Shown piece by piece: positions 48,386 through 58,767 of a DNA stretch of 64,000 nucleotides. The stretch is from Bacteroidales bacterium (lineage in GTDB: Bacteria > Bacteroidota > Bacteroidia > Bacteroidales > WCHB1-69). The stretch is taken from positions 453-64,452 of the forward strand of contig JAEEIG010000037.1 in NCBI GenBank assembly GCA_016281255.1. Reading direction: 5' to 3'. The notes under the pieces are model-generated. The model saw only the letters and a list, made by a program, of their open reading frames with translations, ran no database searches and was not told the DNA's origin. Position 1 is the stretch's first letter; each line of letters starts with the position of its first letter. The position numbers and the translations under genes were made by a program.

Positions 48386-48500
48386 CAGGTTAAAAATTAT
48401 GTATAGTGTAATGTAATGTATAGTATTGACTTAAAGAGAGAAAAGAAAAGAAATTAAGGAAAAATAAATAATATAAATTACAAATTAAACAAAAAACAGT

Positions 48501-51500
48501 ATGAAAAAACTATTATCAATTTGCTTTTTAAGCATTCTGCTGGGGCTTCTGAGCTTCAGCACTCAGGCGCAAAGCAATTGCTACGGTTTCTGGATGGAGA
48601 ACCTCCAGCCAGACGTTCTGGATCATGTTGCCAATCCTGGTAACGAGACCGGAACCTACGCGTTGAACCATACGTTGGGTCATGCCGTTTTGCGCGGCCA
48701 ATCCAATCGTTATGTCGGCAACGTGGATTCAAGCGCCATCGGTCAACCCGAGCTTTATGAGTTGCATTTTTGCGACAATGCCTCTGGAAAGAAGCTTTCT
48801 TTCGACTGGCAGTTGGAGCGCAGAAATCCTGCAACCGGCAATTGGCAGATCGTGAACGATAACCTGTCTGCTTATGCGGATTTCGGTATCTACACGCTCT
48901 ACCCGCAACTCAATCAAGCAGGCCAATGCCAGAGCATCAAATGGCTCGGCGGTATTGTCCCGAACGGAATCGGCTACTGCGACAACAGTCAGGTCTATTC
49001 CTTGCTGGACACTATCCTTGGCATTCCTCCTTGCACCACCCCGACCAACTATCCCGGTGCTGTGCAAACCCAAGCTGGTACTCTGCCCGGCAGCGTTCTC
49101 AACACGCTGGGTCAGGCTATCCCTTCCATTGGTATGACTCCCATCTATACTGAAGGTTTCGATTACTTCTATGCAGACTTCCTTGCTTCCACCCGTACCA
49201 TTGTTGTCATCAACTGGAAACAGGTGGGTGATTACAGATTGGTGATGCGCGTGCGCGAGCGCGTTGGCGGTACTGATTGGACCAATGCCACCTGGAACAA
49301 ATACGGCGAAGGCAATGTCATGAACGAAACTGCCTATATCGGCGGTCACATGTCTTGCTGCGGTCCTGTCCTCCTTGTTGATACTTTGCATTATCCTGTT
49401 CTTGACACACTCAACATGGAAGTTTGTCAAGGAACCACCACTGAAATGGGTAGCCCTTACACCTACACTTTCGGTGTTGATCAAAGATGCATCCTCGACA
49501 CGACTGTCTTGGTTGGCGAAATCGTCAATGCAGACTGTCCGAGCGAAAGCCCCTGCCAATATATTGATATTGACACTCTCCGCAATGTGAACTACCTTGT
49601 GCGCATGGCTCCTGTTGCGCAAGTTGAAAAACATACTGACACGCTCTGCAAGTGCGACGCATTCACCACCGACATGGTTCGTGCTATGGTGGAATTCGAT
49701 TCTACTGAAATCGCTACTTTTGTTACCGGAGACGAAACCGTTGAGTATAAACTGCAATGGTTGCACGTGTTCCAAGAAGGTGAACATTTACCTGCAGGTG
49801 ATGGTGCTCTTTGTCCTAATTGTGATTGGTATGAATCCATCTATCCGCGCTCAATTACGGTTAATCCTGCAACCAATGATACTACCTATATGTACATTGT
49901 TCGTCAGGTCAACACCTACAACAATTATGGAGAAGAGGTGGTTTGCGCTGGTCCTGCCGATACCATTTACATCACTTTCCGCGAGATTGTGAAGCCGGTG
50001 GTTCCTGCTGACACTGCTTTCTGTCTTGAAACTATTGAGGCAGGTAGCACTTTGACCATTAACGCCACTCATGATCCTGTATGTGCAAACTCAACCCGTT
50101 GGTATACAAGCAGAAAGTATAATTATTGGACATATAAATATGATTATTCAGGTTATCTGGGTGATGTTGATGCTCTTGTAATTAACCTCAATGATTACAC
50201 CCCTTCTGTCAATAAGGACACCACGGTGCGTTTCTATGCATTCTCTATTGATACGACCAATGGTTGCATGTCCTCTCAGGTTTCTGTTTACACGATTGTT
50301 TTCCACCAGACTCCTGTGCTTGATACAGTAACGGCTCCTAACCTCTACAATTGTCCTGGTGTTGATGTGCCGATGGAAGTTATTGTGGACAACAATCCTT
50401 TGAATACCCCGAGTCCTTATACCTTTGTATGGACTGGTGTAACTGGTGTCGATTTGTTGAATCCGGCTCCTGCTCCGGCTAGCATCGCAACGGTGTCCAC
50501 TATCTCTACGCAAGCTAATTCATCATACGAATTACCATTGAGTAACAACTTTAATTACACTTATAGCCAGCAAATTTTCACGAAAGACGAAGTGGCTTCT
50601 GGTGTGATTAGTACTATTTCTTTCAATTATTCTTCAGCCAATCAGATGACCGCTAAGGACGATGTGAAGATTTATCTTGGTACTACTGATAAAGAATCTT
50701 TTACGGGCTATGGCAACTGGGATCTGACATCTGAGTTGACTTTAGTTTATTCAGGCAATCTCAATTGTAAGCAGGGATGGAATGATTTTACACTTACTAC
50801 TCCTTTTGACTACGATGGACAGAAGAACTTGTTGGTTGTTATTAGCGATGAGTCTGGTGTTTATGATGGTACTTCTTATAAATTTTATACAACTCCTGCA
50901 GGTGCATATAGAACATTGGTTGTGATGCAAGATGGCAGTGTTGCTACGCCTACATCCTATAATGGTGCTAGGAAAAACGTCCGTAGTGATATTAAGTTTA
51001 CGGTTGTTCCTGCCGGTGCTTACACGACCTCTGATGAATTCCAGCAAGCTTACTATCATATTTCCGATACTGATACATGTCATACCGCTTATACTTCTAG
51101 CGTTTATGTCATTGATGCCAACAACTGTAAGTCTACTCCTATCGTCTTTAACTACTTCTTGAACGATACTGTTGCTCCTGTAATCACTCCTGCTACTGTT
51201 TCTTACGGTATCAATGCTTGTGAAATTACGAGCCAGAACGTTCCTGCATACGACAACCTCGCTGAACTGGTTAACGCATTTAATTTGGATATCTACGACA
51301 GCTGTGGTGCTGAGTTTGTCGTTTTGGTTGGCCATAACGATGTTATGACGATCGATTCTTGTCAACAGACCCTCGTGAGAACCTATACCTTTGCTGATCA
51401 TTGCGGAAATCCTGCTACTTTCACTCAGACGGTTGTTTCTCGTGACTCTGTTGCTCCTTACTATACTTTCGATCGTCCGATCCGTCTCGACCCGATTCCT

Positions 51501-54500
51501 GCCGGTGACTGTAAGTTCAATGCTCCCAGCAGACAAGTCATGATTGACGCTATCGCTCCTTATGTGGCTGACAACTGCACCGATTCCGCTTTCTTGATGG
51601 ACAGCATTACCTTCGTTTGGGAGAACACCGACAAGGATCCCGCTTCTGATACCAACATCTTCAGATTGAAGAACCACCTGACCATTACCGCCACTATCAC
51701 TGACAAGTGCGATAACAGCTTCTCCGAAGTGGTCTTCTTCCTCGATCGTCCTGATGATCTCGAAATCGTCGGTCATCCCGTTTCCCATACCGGTGACCTT
51801 TGCGAACAACAGACTGCCACTCTCTTCTTCGATATGAACAGTATCGTTGATGACCAGGAAGTTGGTCCGTTCCCGCCGTACACCCTCACTTGGTATGAGG
51901 TGAATGGTAAGGATGTCACCTTCTCTGATATTCACAATGACACCACAGTGGTGACCTTCAATGAGGGTGCTGGCGACTATACCTTCGCTATGCGTGTGGT
52001 GAACGGCAACGATTGCGAAGCTGTTTCCGCTCCCGCCACCATCAATGTCAGAGAACTCCCGAGCTTGAGCATTATCCCGATCGTCCAACAACCCGGTGTT
52101 GTGGAACCCTACTGCCCGACCTATGGTAATTTGACCATCGAGGCCGTTGTTGCCAATGCCGAGACTTCCGGCGCTACCGGCTACACTTACACTTGGTCTG
52201 GTGAGAGTGTGAATATCTACTCCACCACTGAGACCACTTGGATCACGATTATCCCTGAATGGTGTGATACCACCTACACTGCCACTGTTGTTGTTTCTGA
52301 TGAAAGAGGTTGTACTGCTGAAACGTCCCGTACTTTCGAAGCAGCTGCCCACGATATGATTTTCAATGGCATTATTCCTGATTCTACCGTTGTTATCAAC
52401 CAAGGTTGTGAACTCCATGTTCCTAACTATATGGATCAGATTGCTGCTGAGAACATCACGGACGATTGTTATACCTTCTCCCAGATTACGCAAAAAGCTG
52501 GTTGGTATAAGCAAACTCCTGCTGCCGGTACTGTTTTCTCTACCGATTCAGTCGAGGTTACCATTACCATCACCAATCCTTGCGGCCAGACGGTTTCTAC
52601 CACGACTTATGCACGCAAACCTGCCAACTATCCTTCTGTGAAGATTGTTCCTGACACTATCGCTGTCTGCTACAATGAGTTCTTCGAAGGTGTTACCTAT
52701 AATACCGTAAGCGAAAATCTGGATGACAACACCACTTGGCGTTGGACCATCGGCAACGGCATTGTTGGCACTCAAGATTTCGTCACTCTTCCCAACGACG
52801 CTTTCAACGCTCCTGTGAACCAAGACACGACCTATGTCGTCAATGTCCAAGCTGTGAACAGCCTCGGTTGTCCTGCTACCGCTACCGCTAATCTTGTCAT
52901 CTACTACCAGGGTGATTCTGTCCAACTCCGTGTTTGGAACAACAACCTCTGTGGTGAGGATTATTACAATGGCGTGATTGCTGTTGATTTCGTCCCCACG
53001 AACTATGTGGTTACCCTGTCTCAAGGCAATGTTGACCTGGAGGTTAAGATTTCCGATAACAACCAACATGAACCTACCCTTTGGAATACGGTGATTTTCG
53101 ACTCTTTGGCTCCTGGTTACTATACCGTCACGGTTGAGAACCTGCATGGTTGTACCATGTCTGCCGATACCGTTGTCAGAACGGATGATGTCATCATTTC
53201 TGAACCTACTGTTACGGTTACCGATGTTACCGTTTGTACTGATAATAACGGTGTCATTTCAGTTGTTCGCGAGAACAATTACGGTTTCACCTTGTTCAAT
53301 TCCGATTATTCTGTTGAATACACCGGTATTGTGGCAGGTGCGAACATCAACTTCTCCGGTCTCTCCGCAGCTGAGTACAAGTTGGTAAAGACTCATATTC
53401 CTACCGGATGTGAATTTGCCTGGACTTACAATGTCCTTGATGCTTCTGAACCTGAAACCCAATTCGATATCAACTATACAAACAATACTCGTTGTGACAA
53501 TCCTAACGGTACCATTCACTTCACCGTTACCGGTTCTGATCCTTTGACTTTGCATGTTTGGAATGCAAATTATGACTATACTACTGGCGCCATCACCACT
53601 GATACTACTATCACGGGTCTTGGTTCTACTCAGGGATATATTTTCTATCTTTGCGAAGTTCAGAATACAGTTACTCAATGTAAGAGCGTCGTTTCACGTG
53701 TTCTGATTGAGAATAAAGCTGTTCTTCCTTCCTTTACGGCTACTCCTACTAATAACACCATTTGCCCGAACAACACTGCTTATAACAACAATGTCGAGAA
53801 TTTGGTCAACGGTAAGATTACGATTGCTCCGGCTAATGCGTACACTTATACTGTAATGGATGCGATTACGCTTGACACTGTTAAGACCTCTCTTGATTCT
53901 TTGGCCGAAGGTTCTTATGTCGTTATTGCTGTTAATGAGCAGAATGGTTGTGCTGCTATGAAGGTTGCCAATATTGGCAACACCTATTACCAACCTGTTG
54001 TCGAAACCATTTCTCAAACTCCCAACAGCGTTTGTGACACCACTTACGCTCATCAGTATGATGGTTCTCTGACTATCAAGGTCAAATCCAGCACCAATAC
54101 CATTGCTGATTTCAACAACTACATCCGTCCTTACATGATTGTGCTTGACAACGACACTGTCATTGCTCAATCCAATATCCAGCAAAATACGATTACACAC
54201 CTCGCAGATGGTGTTCACAACTATTACATCCTCACGGATAACAAATGTTATGTCACTGGTTCATACGAAGTGAAAAAGTATGTGATCGACACGATGAGAC
54301 TGGCGACCACTCCTGATCACTTCTGTGCTCCTACTTTCGAGAAACCTGGTGACGGTACTATCGTTGTTCTCTCACCTCGTAATTCTGCTGCACACGGTTA
54401 CAAGTACAAATTCTACGATGCCGACAGCACTGATATGACTGTTCCTTACGAAATGCCTATGACTTACACCAAGTACTGGCTTGCCGATGGTTTATATACC

Positions 54501-57500
54501 GTATTTGCTATCGATACCATTACCGGTTGTACGTTCACTGAGAACATTTATGTCGAGAAGGAACTCTACACCATCACTATCGCTGCTGACGCTACTCCCA
54601 GCACCTATTGCAGCCAAACCTCTGGCGACGGTACGATCACTGTGAATGCTACCAGCACCAATCCTGACGCTGTTTTCAACTACAGCCTTGACAATCAGAA
54701 CTGGCAGGTGAGCAATCTGTTCAGCAATTTGGCTAACAAGACTTATACCGTCTATGTCAAGGATGTCACCACTCGTTGTGTGGACAGCATTTATGTCGGT
54801 ATCAGCTACAGCGATTGCAGACCTGAAATCTCCATCGTTGACCAAAACGGCGACACTGCTCCGTTCGAATATTGTATCAACGACGAGAACGTCAAACTTT
54901 GCGCTAACGCTTTCTATCCTCTTGGCAGCGAATGCGAAGGTACGTTCACCTATCATTGGGATGCTCCTTGTTCAGATCCTCAGTATTCTGACGACAAGTG
55001 TATCGACGTCTTCATTGACCACGTGATGCCGAACGGTTGTAACTACATCCTTACGGTCACCAATCAACTGACGGGTTGTTCTTATGACACGATGGTTTAT
55101 GTCTATGTCAATCCTAAACCTGTCATCGGTTTCGATGTGAATGGTACAACCTATTATAACGCCGAGCAATCTATTCCTTTCTGCGAGCAAGAGAATCTCC
55201 ATATTACTGTTGTCTCTAAGAATGGTCAAACTCTGGTTCCTGAACTTACTTACTGGACTCTCGGTCACATTGGTACTGGTTTGAGCTTCGATACCACTGG
55301 CGCTGGCTACACGCAAGATTACATTACCATCTGCGCTTACTCTACCAGCGACAAGGGTTGTGTTTCCAACATTGCTTCTCTGCCGTTGAACTTCAACCGC
55401 GTGGAAAGAATCACTGTTGACACCACCGTTTGTGGAAGTTTCCAAGTTCCGGACGATATCAGAACTATTACCAGCAATACCTATCCTTACTATGATACTG
55501 TTTCTCATACGTATCCTGGTACACATCCTTACTGCGACCGCATTGTGACTTACAATGTCAAGCTCATCTCTGCTCCTGAGGTTACTCCTTTGAACGAGTA
55601 TGTGGCTGCTTTCTGTGAGGATATGAACTATACGTTGGCTAACTTCGTTGATTCATTCGCCGTTGACACCAATGGTGCTACTACAACTACGAAGTGGCAA
55701 GCTGCTTTGCGTCCTTCCTATAATTACGTTGATGTTGAAGCTACTACTGTTGTTGACTATGCATTTGCTACCACTCACAGAGTTAGATATGTTGCCACCA
55801 ACTGCTGCGGTACTGACTACTCTGATATCTATTTCAATGTTTCCAAGGCTCCTCGTATCGACAGCTTCCAATTGCAATCTAAGTATTGTAGAGCTCAACA
55901 GGCTACCTTAACATTTGATTTCACTGTTTATAATCCTGCTATCGCTGTTTTGACACTTGGTGCTGATACTGTTAGAAGTTATTACATGTATTCTAATGGT
56001 TCTACCAGTCGTACATTCACGTTTACTCCTAACCATGCTAATTATGATGGTAAGACACTCACTTTGAGCATTAGAAATCTAAACAACCTCTGTGATGTTG
56101 TTACTGCAAGCCAAGTGTTCCACGTTGATACTACTTTCATTAATAACTTCACTATTGATACGATTTATTGTGCTGGTAATACTCTCCATCACAGTGATCT
56201 CATCGATGGTACTGGTTATACTAATGTTCGTTTGTGGCATCAAATCGCTGGTCAAACTGATCAAAGAATTTATAATAATTCTACGGTTACTTATGCCATG
56301 AATGGTTATCTCGTATACTTCACCATGAATGATGGTTGTGGTAACCAGATTACGACCAACATTGATACTATCTTTGTGAAACCTCAACCGAGCGTTACTC
56401 TCAATGGTGATGATTATTACAATGTTTGTGAGGATGAATTTGAATTGCCGACTGTTAACATTCCTTCAAATGTTCAATCTCTCGTCTTATCACAAGGTTG
56501 GCAAATGTACAATGGTACTACTCAATCATTTGAAGATACCACTGCTGCCGATATTATAGCTCTTGCTGCTGATAGCATTGTAAGAATTCGTTACTTTGTT
56601 GAGACTGACTGTAATGTCGCTTATACTCAAGCAATCGAGGCTTACTATAAGTTCGCTCCTGAGATTGCCCAACTTCCTACTCTCACTATTTGCCCGGACA
56701 ACACTATTGCTGACGTTCTTCCTACTTCATTGGGTATTACTTGGCATAACATTCTTCTTCCCAACACTAATAACTTCCGTACTACTCGTTATTATTTAGT
56801 GAAGGGAACGAATACTGTTGAGGTTTATCCTACTTCTGTCTTTAGCAACTATTATTCATACAATGATGGTAAATTACGCATTGTAGTTACCAACGAGTGT
56901 GGTTCTGCTTCAACCGAAGCTACTATCCACATCCCGGTTTACAGCCACAACGAAATCGTTGCTGTTGACACATGTAAAGGTCTCACCATTGCAGCCTTCG
57001 CAGCTACTCCTCAATGGACCGGTGATCAAGGTGTTGTCACCTCTGAGACTTGGGTGCGTCTTGTCAATAATGAATATGTTGCTACCACCGATGAGTATGT
57101 CGTGAACACCAATACCACTATTTCTTATCGTTGGATTACTGTTTGCGAAGACACTCTCTACGCTGCTCCTGTCACGATTCATCCTCTGCTGACTCCCGAA
57201 GTTACTATCTTGGCTGACAACCTTGTCAACGATACTATCGCCATCTGTGAGGGTAACACGATCAATCCTACTGCTTTTGTCAGCTATCCTATCTATTCTT
57301 CCACCGTTACTGACACTACTTGGTTCTTCAACGGTAATGCTTACGATCCTTCTTATCAGTTCACCGCAGCTGACAATGACAAGGAACTTGTTGTCAAGCT
57401 TTCTACCACTTGCGATGATTCCTACGATACTGTCATTGTGAGAGTTTATCCTACTCCGGATCCTACCATCGACGGTCCTCTGACTGCTTGTAGTGGAGAA

Positions 57501-58709
57501 GAAATTACCATTACTGCACAGGCTGGCTTCAGCAGCTATGTCTTCACCGTAAATGGTCAAGCTTCTCAACCTCAATCCAGCAATGTCTTCGAGACCACTG
57601 TCTTCGACAACAATCCTGATGGTGTTGATATCACTACTGTTACTGTCACTGTCACCGACAATCATTCTTGTACCGGTACTTCTTCTGACAAGGTTGAAGT
57701 CTCTGTCACCGACCAAGCTGCATTTGTCTTCTTCAATGAAAACGGTACCGAGAACGAAACCCACAATTACACCGTCAACGATGGTGGTGGTTTGAACTAC
57801 GGTTGGATGATCAGCACGGAGTGCGCTGATTATGACACGTTGGTCTATGTTGAGTATGACATTTACTATGAAGGTCAGCTCATCTCCAACGATGCTATCG
57901 GTGAATACTTCCACACTGGCAACTACACTGACCAATGGGGTCATCAAACGCCTTTCATCAGCAGCAATACATTCAGCTGGCTGAGCGGTAATGGTACTCC
58001 TTTGACCAATACTACTTACTACAACTTCGCTGTTGCTAATCCTAATGTCGCCACCAATGGCAACCACTTCCCGAACACCAACCTTGGTCTCGGCAACACT
58101 AACGTTTACGATGACCTCTGGTTGCGCTTCATCGGTGACCGTGGTGTGAATGCCACTTTGGTTCCGTTCAGATTGGATGGTGAATACAAGATTGTTTACA
58201 GACTCTACTCCACCTCTCATGCTGATGACTTCGAGCATTACTACACCGAAGATAATCCTGCTCACGATAATTTCGGTACGCAGTCTCACCTCGGTGGTCA
58301 GAACGCTCTCGTCAATGTTGCTATTCGCAAGCTCTTAGCTATCGACTCTATCACCATCAACGTCGAGAACGCTGTTGCTGGTCCTTCTGAGACCACTGCT
58401 CCTGTCCTTGCTCCTGCTATCAGCTCTGAGGAGAATGTGATTGTTCCTGAAATGGAAGTTTGGCCGAACCCGGCTCCTTCTATCGTCACCACCTTCAAGG
58501 CTCGCGTTTACAACATGAGCGGTGAGGCTACTGTGACCATCACGAACTTCACTGGTAAACAAGTCTATAGTGGCAATATCAATATTGATAGCGATAACTT
58601 CTACTTCGAGGCCGACGTTAACAGCCTTGCCGTGGGTGCTTACATCATGACTGTTCGCACCGATGACGCTGTTGTCACCAAGAAACTGGTTGTGACCGTT
58701 AGACAATAA
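48501..58709 (+). CDS. giant (3402 aa) Cys-rich cell-surface repeat protein, SprB/HYR-like modules, T9SS C-terminal sorting domain
   Basis: Uninterrupted 10,209-nt ORF with signal peptide MKKLLSICFLSILLGLLSFSTQAQ. Repeated C...(N/D)G(T/S/V/K)I modules: CTDNNGVISVV, CDNPNGTIHFTV, GDGTIVVLSP, GDGTITVNATS. HYR-like D.V.P...C...CGN modules. CTD: VWPNPAPSIVTTF...GAYIMTVRTDDAVVTKKLVV. Confidence 0.85.
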   Translation: MKKLLSICFLSILLGLLSFSTQAQSNCYGFWMENLQPDVLDHVANPGNETGTYALNHTLGHAVLRGQSNRYVGNVDSSAIGQPELYELHFCDNASGKKLSFDWQLERRNPATGNWQIVNDNLSAYADFGIYTLYPQLNQAGQCQSIKWLGGIVPNGIGYCDNSQVYSLLDTILGIPPCTTPTNYPGAVQTQAGTLPGSVLNTLGQAIPSIGMTPIYTEGFDYFYADFLASTRTIVVINWKQVGDYRLVMRVRERVGGTDWTNATWNKYGEGNVMNETAYIGGHMSCCGPVLLVDTLHYPVLDTLNMEVCQGTTTEMGSPYTYTFGVDQRCILDTTVLVGEIVNADCPSESPCQYIDIDTLRNVNYLVRMAPVAQVEKHTDTLCKCDAFTTDMVRAMVEFDSTEIATFVTGDETVEYKLQWLHVFQEGEHLPAGDGALCPNCDWYESIYPRSITVNPATNDTTYMYIVRQVNTYNNYGEEVVCAGPADTIYITFREIVKPVVPADTAFCLETIEAGSTLTINATHDPVCANSTRWYTSRKYNYWTYKYDYSGYLGDVDALVINLNDYTPSVNKDTTVRFYAFSIDTTNGCMSSQVSVYTIVFHQTPVLDTVTAPNLYNCPGVDVPMEVIVDNNPLNTPSPYTFVWTGVTGVDLLNPAPAPASIATVSTISTQANSSYELPLSNNFNYTYSQQIFTKDEVASGVISTISFNYSSANQMTAKDDVKIYLGTTDKESFTGYGNWDLTSELTLVYSGNLNCKQGWNDFTLTTPFDYDGQKNLLVVISDESGVYDGTSYKFYTTPAGAYRTLVVMQDGSVATPTSYNGARKNVRSDIKFTVVPAGAYTTSDEFQQAYYHISDTDTCHTAYTSSVYVIDANNCKSTPIVFNYFLNDTVAPVITPATVSYGINACEITSQNVPAYDNLAELVNAFNLDIYDSCGAEFVVLVGHNDVMTIDSCQQTLVRTYTFADHCGNPATFTQTVVSRDSVAPYYTFDRPIRLDPIPAGDCKFNAPSRQVMIDAIAPYVADNCTDSAFLMDSITFVWENTDKDPASDTNIFRLKNHLTITATITDKCDNSFSEVVFFLDRPDDLEIVGHPVSHTGDLCEQQTATLFFDMNSIVDDQEVGPFPPYTLTWYEVNGKDVTFSDIHNDTTVVTFNEGAGDYTFAMRVVNGNDCEAVSAPATINVRELPSLSIIPIVQQPGVVEPYCPTYGNLTIEAVVANAETSGATGYTYTWSGESVNIYSTTETTWITIIPEWCDTTYTATVVVSDERGCTAETSRTFEAAAHDMIFNGIIPDSTVVINQGCELHVPNYMDQIAAENITDDCYTFSQITQKAGWYKQTPAAGTVFSTDSVEVTITITNPCGQTVSTTTYARKPANYPSVKIVPDTIAVCYNEFFEGVTYNTVSENLDDNTTWRWTIGNGIVGTQDFVTLPNDAFNAPVNQDTTYVVNVQAVNSLGCPATATANLVIYYQGDSVQLRVWNNNLCGEDYYNGVIAVDFVPTNYVVTLSQGNVDLEVKISDNNQHEPTLWNTVIFDSLAPGYYTVTVENLHGCTMSADTVVRTDDVIISEPTVTVTDVTVCTDNNGVISVVRENNYGFTLFNSDYSVEYTGIVAGANINFSGLSAAEYKLVKTHIPTGCEFAWTYNVLDASEPETQFDINYTNNTRCDNPNGTIHFTVTGSDPLTLHVWNANYDYTTGAITTDTTITGLGSTQGYIFYLCEVQNTVTQCKSVVSRVLIENKAVLPSFTATPTNNTICPNNTAYNNNVENLVNGKITIAPANAYTYTVMDAITLDTVKTSLDSLAEGSYVVIAVNEQNGCAAMKVANIGNTYYQPVVETISQTPNSVCDTTYAHQYDGSLTIKVKSSTNTIADFNNYIRPYMIVLDNDTVIAQSNIQQNTITHLADGVHNYYILTDNKCYVTGSYEVKKYVIDTMRLATTPDHFCAPTFEKPGDGTIVVLSPRNSAAHGYKYKFYDADSTDMTVPYEMPMTYTKYWLADGLYTVFAIDTITGCTFTENIYVEKELYTITIAADATPSTYCSQTSGDGTITVNATSTNPDAVFNYSLDNQNWQVSNLFSNLANKTYTVYVKDVTTRCVDSIYVGISYSDCRPEISIVDQNGDTAPFEYCINDENVKLCANAFYPLGSECEGTFTYHWDAPCSDPQYSDDKCIDVFIDHVMPNGCNYILTVTNQLTGCSYDTMVYVYVNPKPVIGFDVNGTTYYNAEQSIPFCEQENLHITVVSKNGQTLVPELTYWTLGHIGTGLSFDTTGAGYTQDYITICAYSTSDKGCVSNIASLPLNFNRVERITVDTTVCGSFQVPDDIRTITSNTYPYYDTVSHTYPGTHPYCDRIVTYNVKLISAPEVTPLNEYVAAFCEDMNYTLANFVDSFAVDTNGATTTTKWQAALRPSYNYVDVEATTVVDYAFATTHRVRYVATNCCGTDYSDIYFNVSKAPRIDSFQLQSKYCRAQQATLTFDFTVYNPAIAVLTLGADTVRSYYMYSNGSTSRTFTFTPNHANYDGKTLTLSIRNLNNLCDVVTASQVFHVDTTFINNFTIDTIYCAGNTLHHSDLIDGTGYTNVRLWHQIAGQTDQRIYNNSTVTYAMNGYLVYFTMNDGCGNQITTNIDTIFVKPQPSVTLNGDDYYNVCEDEFELPTVNIPSNVQSLVLSQGWQMYNGTTQSFEDTTAADIIALAADSIVRIRYFVETDCNVAYTQAIEAYYKFAPEIAQLPTLTICPDNTIADVLPTSLGITWHNILLPNTNNFRTTRYYLVKGTNTVEVYPTSVFSNYYSYNDGKLRIVVTNECGSASTEATIHIPVYSHNEIVAVDTCKGLTIAAFAATPQWTGDQGVVTSETWVRLVNNEYVATTDEYVVNTNTTISYRWITVCEDTLYAAPVTIHPLLTPEVTILADNLVNDTIAICEGNTINPTAFVSYPIYSSTVTDTTWFFNGNAYDPSYQFTAADNDKELVVKLSTTCDDSYDTVIVRVYPTPDPTIDGPLTACSGEEITITAQAGFSSYVFTVNGQASQPQSSNVFETTVFDNNPDGVDITTVTVTVTDNHSCTGTSSDKVEVSVTDQAAFVFFNENGTENETHNYTVNDGGGLNYGWMISTECADYDTLVYVEYDIYYEGQLISNDAIGEYFHTGNYTDQWGHQTPFISSNTFSWLSGNGTPLTNTTYYNFAVANPNVATNGNHFPNTNLGLGNTNVYDDLWLRFIGDRGVNATLVPFRLDGEYKIVYRLYSTSHADDFEHYYTEDNPAHDNFGTQSHLGGQNALVNVAIRKLLAIDSITINVENAVAGPSETTAPVLAPAISSEENVIVPEMEVWPNPAPSIVTTFKARVYNMSGEATVTITNFTGKQVYSGNINIDSDNFYFEADVNSLAVGAYIMTVRTDDAVVTKKLVVTVRQ

Positions 58710-58732
58710 TCAATAGTTATTCATACATGGAA

Positions 58733-58767
58733 GGAGTTGTGCGCACTGGCGTGCAACTCCTTTTTTT
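58733..58767 (+). terminator. rho-independent terminator of the giant gene
   Basis: GGAGTTGTGCGC-actg-GCGTGCAACTCC (two G-U pairs) followed by T7. Confidence 0.85.

Noticed and set aside
50751-52514. 587-aa antisense ORF inside the giant gene (also 48729-49787 and 56910-58289, all minus strand)
   Set aside because: These are shadows of the sense frame. Sense codons ending in T give antisense codons starting with A, so stops are rare. The translations are Ile/Asn/Ser/Arg-rich nonsense, and the sense ORF is uninterrupted for 10.2 kb.
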